In this document: positions 1 to 15,000 of the stretch, piece after piece
Position numbering within the stretch: position 1 is the stretch's first letter
Layout of the letters: each line of letters opens with the position of its first letter
From: Phoronis australis
Lineage: Eukaryota > Animalia > Phoronida
Direction: 5' to 3'
Length of the DNA stretch: 64,000 nt
Assembly: GCA_002633005.1 (NCBI GenBank)
Contig: NMRA01000327.1
Location: 321,192-385,191 of the forward strand
Position numbers and translations under genes: made by a program
Notes under the pieces: model-generated
The model's database searches: none
Seen by the model: the letters and a program-made list of their open reading frames with translations, nothing else
Told to the model about the DNA's origin: nothing

Positions 1-417
1 GAGATTCATAGATCCTTATAATTGAAAAAATGTTCGTTGAAATTATAGACACATGGTGAACAGAGACACCTGGTGGCTGCCAAAAGTATTGCTCACAGGC
101 TACTTTAGTTTTTGACAATATTGGACAAGACAACTAGTTCTTATCTGTCAATCATCTAAGTTCTTAACAGGTCTTCCTGGAGGCGATTTGTTTGCAAGTG
201 TTGGATTTTATGTTTCAACCTATTAAAAATAATTAAAAAATTATGGGTCATGGGTTGGAGAAATAAATGAAAAATATGGGCGGTGGGTACAAAATAAAAG
301 TGCCTTCCCCCCCTCCCATACAGATTTTGCTGGAACAGCCCTTATGGTTTAAATCTAGATCCAATGTTTTGAAATTCATTTGCAGTGATAGTGTTCAATA
401 TGGCACCGAGTTACTGT

Positions 418-918
<501 letters not shown>

Positions 919-1301
919 CGGTAACAAGCTTCCATTGAATAATGGTAGTACTTGAAAACTGATATTTAATTGACGCCGATGTCTTTTACATTGTGAAACC
1001 GGGAATTTATGAACCATTGGGCAATTTACATTTAATTTTGTAAAACTTACTGTTTGTATTTACTTGAATGTGCGCGCTTTTTAGTACCGGACCAATTTTG
1101 CTCTCTTTGCTTTTTCTATCAAAATTTGTGTCTTTTAACACTTTTTCATGTTAAACTGCTTAGCATCTCAAGCTAATAAAATGAAAGATAATTCACATTT
1201 ACCAATTGATGGCAATGTTTTTGACAGAAAACTGGTGCCCATGAACCCTTTGGGTGATCCCTTTGGGTGATATCTAGTGGCCAGGAAGTAATGTTAGCTA
1301 A

Positions 1302-1610
<309 letters not shown>

Positions 1611-2199
1611 TAAAACATGTGCCTAATTGTCAGGCATTGATATGATTGAACATATGTATGGATTGAACACCAGCCTAGAGACATCTGTATGTTAGAGTGG
1701 TCCGCTACTTTCTTCAGAAGTTCCCTATATGGAAACTTGGTAAAAGTAATCAAAAATGAAATTTAGAAATAGTAGCTTGCCCATATGGTTCATGATTGTG
1801 ACATGGAATCGTGTTTCAGTTAAGATGTCTTGTAATTTCTAATTGAACCTGGTGTTTTCTGCTGAAGATGAATGATTCTTTCTTTCATTATTCAGTGTTG
1901 CTGTATTTCTCAAGAACTAGGTTCTTTGGACTGGTTGCTAACTCTAGTTTGTGCAGCGTGAGCGTGTGAGAGGCTTTGAACTACCACTGTACAGGACATT
2001 AGTCCATCACTGATTGCTTCCTAGCTGTGTCTGGTGCTCATGTACAGTTCAGATAACTGAAACAAGGCAGGTCAAGTGCTTGATTAATTAGAAACAAGCC
2101 AATACTTTCGAAGCGTGTAAGATATTTTATGTTAAACCTTATGGATAAAATTTAACCATAATCCATAGTGAGCCACTGGTTCTTTCCACTGTTTCCTAG

Positions 2200-2464
2200 G
2201 TTACGTGCCCATTGTGGTCACAACTGTACTGGTAGCTCTGCTGACGCCACGGTGCTAGAGGGGGCGTGTGCTATGCCCTCGGTCCCTGTCGCCCCACCCC
2301 AGTCCATTGAGATGAGTCTCCTTCAGTTTATGGGCAGTAGGAGCAACATGACTCCACCAGGTGGAGCCAGCACAGCTAACAAACCTGCCATTATGAGTCT
2401 GTCAAGTCTGAGCACAGTCTGTGAGACGCCTTTGAAGGAATCAATAATGCAGCGGCGGGTTGAG
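2200..2464 (+). CDS. PCNX: Pecanex-like protein, penultimate coding exon (low-complexity linker)
   Basis: tttcctag|G acceptor completes an Arg codon from the previous exon; GAG|gtagga donor (phase 0); the frame is open (LRAHCG...QRRVE). Confidence 0.85.
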
Positions 2465-3573
2465 GTAGGAATACACCATCGTTGCGTTGCTAAGTGAGCA
2501 CATTTACTTGTATAACAGTGGTAGCCTAGGAAGATGAATAGTTGGGTGCTGTAGCTTTTATTGCATTACAAATTGGTTAAAAACATGATAATATTGTCTG
2601 TTGCAGGACCTGATGCAAACTCGCTCAAATTCACTGTACTCCAGAAAATAGATGGATAAATCTGTTCACCAGAAAATAGATGGAATAAATAAGTTTACAT
2701 GTACTCCAGAAAATAGGCAAAATAGATGGGTGTATGTGCTTGTGAGAAAATAGAGAAGAGTGTTAATACCGTGAATAAGTGCAATTTTGTATCAAGCTAG
2801 TCAACTGACAAGATCGTTGTGTTTTAATCAGTTTTGAATAAAACGAGGAGTAAAATGAATAAGCCAAGGCCCATTTTATCAAAGGTCATATGCCCAGTTT
2901 TTGCTGAAACTGTCATGTCTTGGGTGACTTCTGACAGTCAGTGGTTTATGAGGGCGATTACTAAATGTGAAAGTGAAGTACAGTCAAGTTTATGTCATTT
3001 GCAAGGTTGTGCTCTGGCATTGTGTTCGCTGTCATGTAAAACCCACTGTCTTAGCTAGGACTGGGAGTACGCTCTTTGATAATTCACGCTCACAGAAATA
3101 GGCCACTTGCGGGTTTTTAAACTGAACGGGGCAAGTAGGGCAAAATCTCCATCTCGTTGCATAACCTCGACGGTTTATAGCCTCGCACTCAGAAAGCCCA
3201 CACGAGGCCTTGCAAACTTAATACTGGGTGAATTGTCAGACAGTGTGGAATTAGGTATAATAGCCTGATGGCAAGGAAGTAGGACAAACAGTCCATTTTG
3301 CTTCTTATCTCACATGAGGACCATTTCATAAGGGATCTTTTGACAAACTTATTTCATAATTAATTTGTTGTAAGTTTTGATGAATGATGTATTAATGTTG
3401 AATAGTAATATTGTTACTGAAGTAACGATTTTATACTTTGTACAACTTTCATTAATTAAGCCTTTCTTCGTTGTTTATTAGTTATTGCATGGTTTGGTTT
3501 CTGATCATTTCAATATATAGGATTGATCATAATTAATTTGTTTTTCAAGTGATCAAACTTTAATAAATTCCAG

Positions 3574-3855
3574 ATTGTGGACATATCATATGTTTATGAC
3601 AGTATTAACCTTGGACGTCGTATTGATGTCCAGTGGCCGAGTGAAGAGTGGCGGGAGAGGGGTGGAAAGAATGGCTGGAATGGCTGGAGTCCAGAGAAGG
3701 GTCAAGAGGGACTGGTCGTCCACCGCTGGCAGCCATGTCATCGTGACCCCGGGAAAAGGTCTCACGTGGACAAGACTATCGTGCTCGTACACATCGGCGA
3801 GTACTACGTACCTATATGTGAACAAGGCGTGAATGATCTGGGTGCTCAAGTGTAG
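3574..3855 (+). CDS. PCNX: Pecanex-like protein, last coding exon
   Basis: ttccag|ATT acceptor in phase 0. IVDISYVYDSINLGRRIDVQWP...WSPEKGQEGLVVHRWQPCHRDPGKRSHVDK...LGAQV* matches the conserved pecanex C-terminus. Stop TAG at 3853-3855. Confidence 0.94.
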   Translation: MVDISYVYDSINLGRRIDVQWPSEEWRERGGKNGWNGWSPEKGQEGLVVHRWQPCHRDPGKRSHVDKTIVLVHIGEYYVPICEQGVNDLGAQV

Positions 3856-6471
3856 CCTACCATGCTGTAGGGTCAAGGTCATTTGAACTTCACAAGCTTT
3901 AGTTTGCTTGGGATGTATTGTGAAGCCAACAGACGTCACTGGCAGATCAAGGATGTTGTCGGGGGGGGGGGGGGTTGTTAAATGGGGNATGAGTGGGATG
4001 TCAGTGCCAGTTATACTACTTGGTGGTACAGTTTTTTGGTCAGTCTGTTAGGATAACGCTTAATGTGTGTCAGATTTATGGTTAATTTTTATCTGGATAA
4101 CGGTTAATATCTGTCAGGATAACGGTTAATGTCTGTGAATCAAGTGTCGATTGTAGAGTGTACCATGATTTGAACTATCCATGTTTGTTGAGAGTAGGTT
4201 ATTCACAGATAGACACAATAAAAACAGTCCAATTAAGACATACTTGTTTAAAAGTAAAGCTCGGTTGCATGTTACTGTATTGAGGTGTGCAGTAAAGGTG
4301 CAAATTTTGTTATTTATTTACTTTTTAACCACTGAATATTTGTACAGATTCTATTCAAGAACAGCTCTGTAAAATGCTGTGAGCTTCTTGCTGAACTTGG
4401 AACAGCATAAAAAATTAGGTGTCCATTACAAGTCTATACTTTGTGGCTATATGTGATCTTAAAGGTACCGTATTTGATGATGATCAATTGGTCATTCATC
4501 GCCTTATTATAAAATTCTTAATTGAAATTAACAAGTTTAGAGGCTGCGAGGGATTGATTTGTGACAGGTGCAAATACTTTGGTATGTTTTTTTTTGTTGA
4601 CACGGCTGTAAATCTTTGTAAAACATTGTTGCACCAACTGTGAGCTAGTCCTCTTCACAAATATTTTGCTGAACAGGCAGCAGCGAGATGCAGACATCCG
4701 AAGGTTGGCAAGAGATGATCAGGTAGTAACCAACGTAGCAGATCCTAAGTATCCAGTCGTCCCCCTGGACCCATCCCCCTACACTCCATGTGTCTGTGCA
4801 CCAAAATATTTGTGAACTGCACTTTATGTGACGGCAGCTGGACAGTGCATGCAACTTAATGGTTTACTCAGAAATTAGTATTGTTTGTATTTATACTGAA
4901 ATTTTAAAGTTTTAAATGTAAACGAGTGAACTTCGGGAGTAAATTTTAGCATTTCAACAGCCACCCTTACAGCACATATTTTTGGATTTATACTGTGGTA
5001 ATTTTGAAGGTTGACAGCGGGAGTGAATATGGTGCTTTGGATAGTATATAGGTCCTGTTCCTTTGAAACAAAAGAACGCATTCACGTGCTATCAAGCCAG
5101 GGTCTTGGAGTTAAAACATCGAGTTTTCTGCTTTTTTGAGGGTTTTGTGTTCAATACCCATGAGTTTCTGTTCAGCGAGAGCTGTGTTGGTAGCTAGGCC
5201 CTTTAAGCAGTTCGCGGTGACCCTTTAAATATTGTTTGCAAGGCATTTTCTCTGTATGGTGCTAACTGCTTTCTTCCTGGGTCTTAGAATTGCCATACCT
5301 TCCAACACCATAAGGAAAGTATTTAACAAGTTTAAGCTACATTTCACCTGTTTAGCTGTCTTTGTTGAATTCATAACTGAAGCGCAAGATGAAATTTGTC
5401 CAACCTCGACATATTATGTTGAGTCAAGTTGCTAATGGAGATATCAATCCTATCGCAATAAGGATTATGAGATTGATTTTATCAGAGTAAAAAGCCCAGT
5501 TCGATTTTTATTTTCAACCCAGCTAAACAGAGCGAAATGCAACTTTGACAAATATTTGTGGTCAGGTCCCTGTCCAACCTAGTTCTCAGTTCTGAGTAAG
5601 CAGCCCATAACATCATTGTATTCGAGGCATGCTTTTGGCTGAAATTGACCGTTTCTGACTTTCTCTGCTCATTTTATCAAGATGTTAAGACAGGCTTGAG
5701 AGTGTGTGAGGAGTGACAGGGTTTACTAACTACTGTTTACTAGATGACTGAACCTATATGTCAAGGCTCACTTCATGCGAGAGTGTCTACAACCCACCGT
5801 GTGTTGTGTAAAATAACTGTTGTGCAACAACAGTCAAGCAACACTTGTGCCTTTCTGCTTTATGCAAAACAAGTCTTACTGTTCTGTTGATAATGTGCAA
5901 TACATCGTCAAGATTTTACATTTTGTTGTTTATTTGTAAGCAGTTAGACAATCACAGAGTCTGCCGTTAAAAATGCAGTATACTATATTTGAGAAACACG
6001 ATAATGCCAAAAACCTCAATATCTCAAATCTTCAGAATCAAAAAAATTCAACTTTGGCTTGAATTTCAGTGTCATTTAAATTTTTTTAAACTGTCCCACA
6101 CTGGAGAATTTTTAACATGGATGGGATGTGTCGTATACTGCTGTATGAACCTTATGTAAGCAGCAAACAAGAAATCGTGAATTTATCCAAGCAATGTTGG
6201 TTCCGCACTAAGGCGCTAAGTCATCCAGTTTTGTATCCCAAGTCGGTAACTTGGTACTATCTAAAGGACTGCAAACTTCCTTAAAAATCTTGAAACCAAT
6301 CATTCAAATGAAATTAGCGACAACCCATGTCCTCGTGTATCCATCAGACATTGGCTATCCTCGTCTTTCCACCATACTTTCATTTAGCTGTCCTTGCCTT
6401 GCCACCATTCTTTCAGTTAGCAGTCCTCGCCTTTCCACCAAACCTTCAGATGGCAGTATTGGATCTTACCA

Positions 6472-6841
6472 CTACACAAACTTAGTAGCCAGTGCTAATA
6501 TTTTTGTGAACTCTCCCTTCCCCCTCAGCATAGACGGTAATGGAACCTTAATCCTTGACCCTAACGGTGACCCATTATCATCAACTAAGACACAGTTATT
6601 TGTATCAAATCGTGGTATCATGGCTTTCTGAGACTGTTTCACTCCCACAATATATGCTTTTTTCTTCTGTCCTTTAACTGTCAGTAAAATCTTGTCGCCA
6701 ATAGTCCCAACACCTGACTTCCTGTACACGTGTATACAGCGCGGTGGTTTACCTGCAGCAACAGCAGCCTGACCAATAGCACTATTGTCCACAATTCTCA
6801 TTCTTGCCAACTTGCGGATTTCTTCCAACAAGGGTGATGAG
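6472..6841 (-). CDS. MRPL14: Mitochondrial ribosomal protein L14 (uL14m), coding exon 2
   Basis: ttttag|C acceptor; RMRIVDNS...PRCIHVY...GTIGDKILLTVKGQKKKAYIVG...PRFDTNNCVLVDDNGSPLGSRIKVPLP is the uL14m signature. Confidence 0.96.
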
Positions 6842-7551
6842 CTAAAATGCAAAACAACAAATTTGAACAACTACAGGCTAGCCATGGTATCACAATTGAT
6901 TAAAATATTGTTTTACATGCATTGACAGAACGGCAATTATGGAAAAAATTACATTTTGAAAACCCAATTGTTGCCAAAATGATGTGAAATCATGACTTGA
7001 CTACGTCGTGTAACCAATAACAACATGTCACTTGGAAGGTTTCATTGGTTAACGTGCATCAGACGTTCACGGCAACCTAACAAAATTTAATTAAAGAGTC
7101 CCGTTGTTTATTGTATGATGTCAATTGAAATTTGCAATGTTGTCGCTACAAATTTTAACCTGAAATGTTAACTGCTTTCATTACTCTTAAGCGATGACAC
7201 TAATCAGTAAAAATGCAAATAAAAACCTAGGCCCCATTTTACCAAAGGTAGTACATCTGGTGTGTATTCTGTAGACATGAGAACCTTGTGAAAATGCAAG
7301 ATCACGCTACACTCCGTGAGATACTGCCGTGTTAGTGCTAGTGCAAGCAAAGCACAAGACCACGCTACCTTCACGACACTGCGTTTACAGGCGACTATTA
7401 ACTTTTGTCAGTTGACATTAGCCAAACTTTACTACGAATAGCCATCATCGTCTTCCTTTTAAAAACCTTTTTATGATCGACACATGTCCCGGAAAATAGA
7501 TAAATGATACGTGCGTCGCAAGCTCATTGCCAGAGATGAAAAGGAGACTGA

Positions 7552-7675
7552 TGTAGGCGATATAAGGTCATTTATTATGACTAGTACAATTACAATAAAA
7601 TGAATACAGGTAAATAACGTATAATAGATAATCTCTGGTAAGATGGGCAATAAAAAGCGCCGGCCACGTGGAAGT
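7552..7675. repeat. Interspersed repeat, second copy at about 11622-11735
   Basis: taggcgatataaggtcatttattatgact...aatctctgg(t/a)aagatgggcaataaaaagcgcc is present at both places. Confidence 0.75.
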
Positions 7676-8329
7676 ACGAGAGAATGACGAAAACTGGGAG
7701 GAATAGGATGGGAAAATTGAATGAGTTTTTTGACGTACAACAATGTGGCCGGAACAAAGTGAACTGAAAGCGAGGTTACAATAACAAAGAAAAACGCCCC
7801 TAAAGACACGTGACAATCATCAGCCTATGCCGGGAAGGCATACTCGTCTCCTAACTAGAAACCTAATAGCTAAAATTTATGAATGTCCATCAAGGAATTT
7901 CAAAAACAGAGGCAAAAATAAAAAATAAAATTGCCAGTAGAGGGAATACCAGTTCTCAGATCCATCGGAAAAGTGCCATCGCTTCATAGGAAAATGTTCT
8001 CCACAACAGAACAGACTGGGATTATAAAATTCATGTACATGGTTGAAAATCCATGTCCATACTGTGCAGATTTTGTGCGTTAAATCTTGGATTAATGCAT
8101 ATGACTGTTACCAAAAGGCCAGAAAGTCCTCATCTCCTAAACTTTAAACTCATTGCATCAGTTTTCAAAATTGATGCAAGGAAGCCAAACTTGTCATGGT
8201 AAAATTAAAACTTGACATAGTGACGAGTCAAAACAGGTGGTGGAGAACACTTTAGGAACACACTGCCAATTAAGATCTTGCACACCCTTTCAGAGAAACA
8301 GCAGCATATGTCGGACAGAGATGACATTG

Positions 8330-8730
8330 TCATTGTCTGAGGGACAGACATCACTGCACATTGGACAGTACACAAGTGCTCAGCCCTTGTCTGCAGCAGC
8401 CAAGAAAGAGTCACACTGCTGATGGTTCCCATGTTGAGCTGGTTAATCTGGTGTCTACTTTCTCCACGAAGGTGATGTCGCTTCCTCTGGCAACATGAAA
8501 CTCAGTCTTTCCAGGGTGGTGCTTTCTGAGGGAGCCTCCATCTCCTGGTCTTTCAGTGCCATCAAAACATCCTTCTCGTTCCAAGTGACATCTTCCAAAA
8601 GTTCTGCCTTTCCTGCCAGGTCATCTGCTCTTTCATTCCCGTCACTCCAGCATGTCCAGCAATATGCACTTACATATGATTTGCAGGTGCACAAAGATGG
8701 CAGCTGTATTTGGAGGCTTTCCATGTCTAA
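8330..8730 (-). pseudogene. Decayed RNase H-containing non-LTR retrotransposon fragment in the MRPL14 intron
   Basis: GNERADDLAGKA motif (RNase H C-terminal GNExAD) preceded by a frameshifted W-VxGHxG-like segment. Confidence 0.65.
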
Positions 8731-9841
8731 TCGTCAGGCAGAAATTAAATACCAATCAACAACAGATCACAAAAGGTCACAACGCACTTGGGTAAAAGCC
8801 GATAGTAAAACAAGTTACAAAGCTGGCAAGCACTAAGAGAACAGAGTCAGCATGCGGCGCACACCCACGAGATTCTTGTTCAACACAGGTTCACAAGTTA
8901 TAGTAGAACCTCCAATATTTTCAGTCTATGGTTGTCTTGTTCAGTATACAGAGTTTCAGTGTTTTCAACGATCTCGTGTCTAGCAATTTTGCGACCAGGC
9001 TGGTGTAGAAAATGAACCTCTCTGCAAATGTATATTAGACAAACACCCATAAAGGGAACATGCCATGTGTCAGATGTGCTATAGTTTACGCTTATTTGGA
9101 CGATTACAATCAACCAGAAGACAAGTGAACTTGTAAATGACATTGCAACAAGACAACGGTTGCAATTTTTGGCAGTTTAGGTTGTTTTTAATTAGCGGAT
9201 CATACGATATAGTATTCTGATAGTAGATTGAGTTTATCTCCATGTTTTAAAATTTTAAAATTTTCTTAACAACACATTGAGCACTGAGACAGTCAATGAC
9301 CAGGCAATTTTTATCAGTCTTGATGGTGCCAATGCTAGAAACAAACAACCTAACATGATGATGTTCAACAAAAGAATTAGTATATCCACTATTTACAAGT
9401 ACTTATCTTCAGCATTAAGCGCGTTCTAATCAAACGATACTTGGTGTCCCTTCTAAAGGTAATTCGTTAGAATAGCTTCTTTGGAATGCTCAGGGCAATC
9501 ACTAGCAGCATGCAAGCAAGTACCAAGTACCAGCACAGAAAAGAATAGAAATTTTTCAGGACAGGCATTAAGTACTTATATGAATTTCAATACAGCATTG
9601 GCTTCAAGCATAGTCTAAATAGATAGCAAATCGTCATGAACAATATACAAAGATATCACCAACACAAGAGTAAATACATATAGAAAAATGGTCAATGCCA
9701 TAAGCCACCAGTTTCACAACTTCTGACGTATAAAATTTAGAGAATGTTGGCCCTGGCATGATGCTGAATGTATGATATACCGTGGACAATATTGTGGCAA
9801 AGCAACAGTAGCCGTCGCAAAATTAAATGTACACCAAATAC

Positions 9842-9927
9842 CTGAACATAGCCTTGGAGTAGAGTCCATTACAACTGTCTGCGTGTAACAAAGGCAGAGA
9901 TTTTTGAAGAAAAGTTGAGCGCAGCAT
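9842..9927 (-). CDS. MRPL14: MRPL14 coding exon 1 (mitochondrial transit peptide)
   Basis: ATG at 9927, MLRSTFLQKSLPLLHADSCNGLYSKAMF + AG|gtattt donor. Phase 2 joins exon 2 exactly (Ser), giving 151 aa. An upstream ttgtag| acceptor at 9945 implies a further 5'UTR exon. Confidence 0.85.
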
Positions 9928-10038
9928 GTCAGTATTCGGTTGACCTACAAGCATATAATGTGATGATCCAACTCCACTTCATTTGTAAACTTATGGCTAC
10001 CTGCTGTACAGAACAACAAATAATTAAAAAAGGGGTTA

Positions 10039-10079
10039 TGACGTCATACCACCTGCCACGCACAGTGTTAAAAATGGCG
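10039..10079. promoter_or_regulatory. CRE palindrome (TGACGTCA 10039-10046) and YY1-type AAAATGGCG (10071-10079) near the MRPL14 5' end
   Basis: Exact motif matches about 100 bp upstream of the first coding exon; function untested. Confidence 0.35.
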
Positions 10080-12091
10080 AGTTTCCGACTTTGAGAACTG
10101 AACGAGGGACTGCTCGAAGGAAAAGTCTGATAAAGGGAGTAATTTGTCAAGTTGGAAGGAATTAAATACATCGATGGCTTTAATCCCAAGATGTCCCTCT
10201 ATACAAAAAAGGTATTTCTAACAACGTGACTTTGATGTGTGAAGTGTGAGGCATAATTCGCCGAAAAGCATCAGGCGTATGAATTAGCTCCTATAAGAGC
10301 TCCAATGTCAGCTAGAGACAGTGATCACTGTCTAACTCCACCAGGTGCCCTGAACAGTCCTGGACCTGGTGAGTGGCACGGACGTCCTCAGGTTCTGATC
10401 GTCCCCAATACACTATGTACGAGTATGAGTATACTACAAGGTATGACACTTAGGACTAAAAATTTCACAGGTGCTTCACTTCAGCCATCAAATACAAAAC
10501 TCAAAAAATTTACACAAAACCGGGTTGAACAAACCATTAGCAATTGTTCTTTCTTCTATCATTTACGGTACCTTGCTCCGGCGCGTTCGCGACAAATTCG
10601 AGGTCAAAGCACAAAAAATCTTTCCCAAAAGCTCATGCGTGCTAACTACTTTGCACCACGCAAGTCGGTTCAAGGTCAGGTATAGTACGGAATTATCCCA
10701 TGGCCATGAGTTATACGGATAGACGGCAATTTGCCGGTTACGAAATGGTCTGGTTAAGTGTGGAGTTATCGACGTTGTGACTTTCCGTGACAAATCGGCA
10801 ATTTATGTGGGATAAAGTTAGTTAGTATGCATGGGCTTTTTGGGAAGAGTGTATTGGTACCCAAGATATTAACTTTATTTACCCAAAAAGGTGTAATTTG
10901 TGGGAAAAACATAAGTACGTTGGGTGCCGTATTTGACACCATTACTTTACTGTCTGTTGGGTACGATCAGAAGCTGAGAACGCCTGCGGTGAGTGGTGGA
11001 CGTCACCGATGTCACTCTCGTCTGTTTACTTCCTCAAAGCATTTTCTGCGACTTTTCTGATGCCTTGCACAACATTATTATGGCGACTTCGTGGCGAATT
11101 TTACGGGATATTTACCAGGTCGCACTGGCGAGCTACAGGTCGCCAAATCAAGTCCCTGAAAGAGAATCGGCGGCTGCTGAAAACAAAGTTTAATACACAC
11201 TGTTGGAAATAAACGATAAAACATAAAACCAATATTAGATTGAAGACGATATTATTTTTATATATATTATTTTAATTTAAATCTCAAATAGCTGCAATTT
11301 TTTTTGTATTACCATTCCTGTTTACACTACCTTTTTACATGCAAAGCTGTGACAATGTTTCGGGTGCAACAACTTTAATCGTTCAGTTTTCACTGGGAAT
11401 TTCCCAAAATCGCAAAATCGACCAAAATCTCAAAACATCGTGTCGGGAGGTACTGATGATGCATCGCATGTTCACTGTTTTTTAGAATAATGGCAGGTAA
11501 CAAAGTTTACGTTTTCTTCTTTTCAATATTCCTGTTAATCTTCAGAAGTAGTTTTGGAATGAAAGTTTGATATTTGTAGTGTTCTCACATGTCACATGTA
11601 TACGGCCCAGNGAGACCGTGTATAGGCGATATAAGGTCATTTATTATGACTGATAAGGTACAGAAATATGAGTGTACAAATAACATAAAGATAAAATAAT
11701 AATCTCTGGAAAGATGGGCAATAAAAAGCGCCACGAGAGATGTTGAAGACATCTCATGCCCAGCCCTTGGTGTGAGAAATGAAATGGTGCAGAAATCATA
11801 AAAATTAGGTGAGCGGTTACAGAGGAAATGGCCGTTGAAACGTAGTAGTAGTAGTAGTATAATAATCTTTATTTAAAAGTCGGTGAGCTTTAACAATGAA
11901 ACGTTAGCACAAGTGCTATTATCTGACAAATTTAAAATCTACAAAATGAACAGAACTAAAATACTAGCTAATTCTACAGTACGGAGAAATGTGACGATTA
12001 TGCGTAAAATATCTGCCTTTCTACATGATTTCGAAAAATATTAAAGAATATACATTTGCTGCATATCAAAAGATTCATCTCATTGAGACAA

Positions 12092-15000
12092 ACATAGTGG
12101 TGTCGCAGACCAAGTAGATATCTCCGACCGAGTTGCAATGTACCGTTGATACCTGAATGTTTGCCATAGTGTTATAATATGAACAGTTCTACCAAATACG
12201 TTTTTTGAAATTAGATTTCATTTTTATGAGCATGTTATCGTTAGGACCTCATGTGGTGTCAAAATAACTCTGGCTGACAAAAATCTGTATTTTAATCTTT
12301 TCAACAGGAAACAGAGTACCCGTAAGCAACTGCATGGGTCACCAGGTGGGATGGGAGCATCCAATAACACACAGCGCCACGAATCAAACATTTAGATTTC
12401 ACATCTTAATATTTTCATCTGCTTTTCACAAGAGAGATATTAACCAACTTTTACGGCTCAATGCACTGTAGTTTTGCTTGCAGGTTTACTTGGTCCAGTC
12501 TGTCAAGAACGGCCGGACTGAGTTTGCTGTGACGTGCTAAAACTAGCAGAATCAAAAGATATTTCACTTTTTGTCCAAAGAACGTTTCTTTTGTTAAAAG
12601 TTTCGATATCTAGAATTGTTTTTCGTGCTTTTCACTGTTAAAAAATTGTTACGTTCTTTTGTGTCTCTCACTTGGCTTGACACCACGAGTGTTGAGGAGC
12701 CGTGCCTACCCTCTAATTCATTGGCAATGGTCTAACGATGTTTTGAAAATTCTCTGTGACAAAACTTTCCTCTATATTGTAATTACTGATTGTTAACAAC
12801 TTCCTGCTGATTCCATAGAATACAATCCAAAGCTATTAGCGTCTCAAAACATATAGTTTCCTTCTAAAATTTGCTTGGGCTGGCTATACCTGACTGGAGG
12901 AGGTCGAAACAATACTTAACTCCAATGAAAAGAAATTAATTTCATTTGACGTGTACCCAGCAACTCTAACAAAACCATTAGCTCTTCTACCTGTCTCTAG
13001 AAAGTTATCAGCCAATTTTTACGGCTTAATACACTGTAGTTTTGCTTGCAGGTTTACTTGGTCCGGTCTGTCAACGGCCGACCGAGTGTGCTAATTAAGA
13101 CGTCATCAAACTTACGGAATCTGAATATTACAAAAGGTTCTTTCAACTTTTCTTCAAAGATCGTTTTTCGTATTCACATTTTTAACGTCTAGTCGTTTTT
13201 CGTGCTTTTCACGGTCCAAAAATAATTACAATTTCTTGTATTGTTTTTTTAACTAAATTTTACTTGGGCTGGCTACGTATAAGGTCCAGATAGCACACTA
13301 ACACCTATGAAAAGTAATTTATATCGTTTGACATGTACCCAGCTTCGTGTCTTTAGAAAGTTATAGGCAAAAGTTTTCTGCGACTCAATACACTTTAGTA
13401 TTCCTCGCAGGTTTACTGGTCCGGTCTCGTCACAGGCCGGACCGAGTGCGCTGTGACGTCATCATTCTCCCGGGTTGGCTACCAGGAAGTCTGGACGATA
13501 TACTTGACGCCAATGAAAAGAAATTAATTTCATTTGACATGTACCCAGCATCTCCAACAAAAACTTTAACTCTTCTACGTGCCTCTATAAAGTTATCAAC
13601 CAACTTTTACGGCTCAATACACTGTAGTTTAGCTTGCAGGTTTACTTGGCCCGGTCTGTCAACGGCCGGACCGAGTGCGCTGTGACGTGCTCAAACTAGC
13701 AGAATCACAAGACATTTCGCTTTTTGTTCAAAGAACGCTTCTTTTGTTTAAAGTTTTGATATTTAGAATCGTTTTTCGTGCTTGTCACTGTTCAATAAGT
13801 ATCATGTTTTTTGTGTCTCTCACTTAGCTTGACACCACGAGTGTTGAGAAGCCGTGCCTACCCCCTAATTCATTGGCAATGGTCTAATGATGTTTTGAAA
13901 ATTCTCAGTGACAAAACTTTCGTCTATATTGTAATTATTGATTGTTGATAACTTCCTGCTGATTCCATAGAATACAATCCGAAGCTATTAGCGTCTCAAA
14001 ACATAAAGTTTCTTTCTAAGTTTCACTTGGGCTGGCTACTTTATACCTGATTGAGGAGGTCGAGACAATACTTAACGCCAGTGTAAAGAAATTAATTTCA
14101 TTTGACGTGTACCCAGCAACTTTAACAAATCATTACCTCTTCTACCTGTCTCTAGAAAGTTATCAGCCAATTTTTACAGCTTACTACTGTGTAGTTTTGC
14201 TTGCAGGTTTACTTGGTCCGGTCTGTCAACGGCCGGACCGAGTGTGCTGTGACATCATCAAACTCGCAGGTTGACATGCAAGATGTCCGGACAACATACT
14301 TGAAGCCAATGAAAAGTATTCAATTTCATTTGACACTTACCCAGCAGCTTCAACCAAACTTTATAGCTCTTCTACGTGTCCTTAGAAAGTTATCAACCAA
14401 TTTTGAGGCTCAATACACTGTAGTTGTAGTTTTACTTGCAAGTTTACTTGGTCTGGTATGTCACAACCAGACCAAGTGCGCTGTGACATCATCAAACTGA
14501 CAGAATCAGAATATTCCCTAATATATTTCACTTTTTCTCCCAAGAGCGCTTCTTCTGTTCACATTTCCGATCAATGCTTTTTCGTGCTTTTTTTCACTGT
14601 TCAAAAACCATTGCGTTTTCTAGCTTCATTCACGTGGCTTGACACCACGCTGGGGTAACCCTATGTTGTTTGAGTAAATGAAAAGTTGTCAAAATTTTGT
14701 TTTTTTCTTACATTGGGGTTGTTTTCGAGTTGCATATTGATATAAACCAGTTTTAAAAAAAATAATGAAGGCGACATATTTCGAACAATGTTTCATTGGC
14801 AGCGGTCTAATGATGTTTTTGAAAATTTACAGTGGCAAAATTTTCGTCTATATTTGTATAACTACTGTTCGCGTTGACAAATTCATGCGCATTTCACAGT
14901 ATACAGTCAGGCGCTATTATCGTCTCAAAACATACTAATATTTCTTTCTCAGCTCACTTGTCCTGGCTAGCAATGAGAGGTCCAGATGACATAATTGACG

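Noticed and set aside
9395-9510. Possible C/D-box snoRNA in the MRPL14 intron (minus strand gtgattg...ctga)
   Set aside because: C box is imperfect, there is no terminal stem, and I could not identify an rRNA-complementary guide
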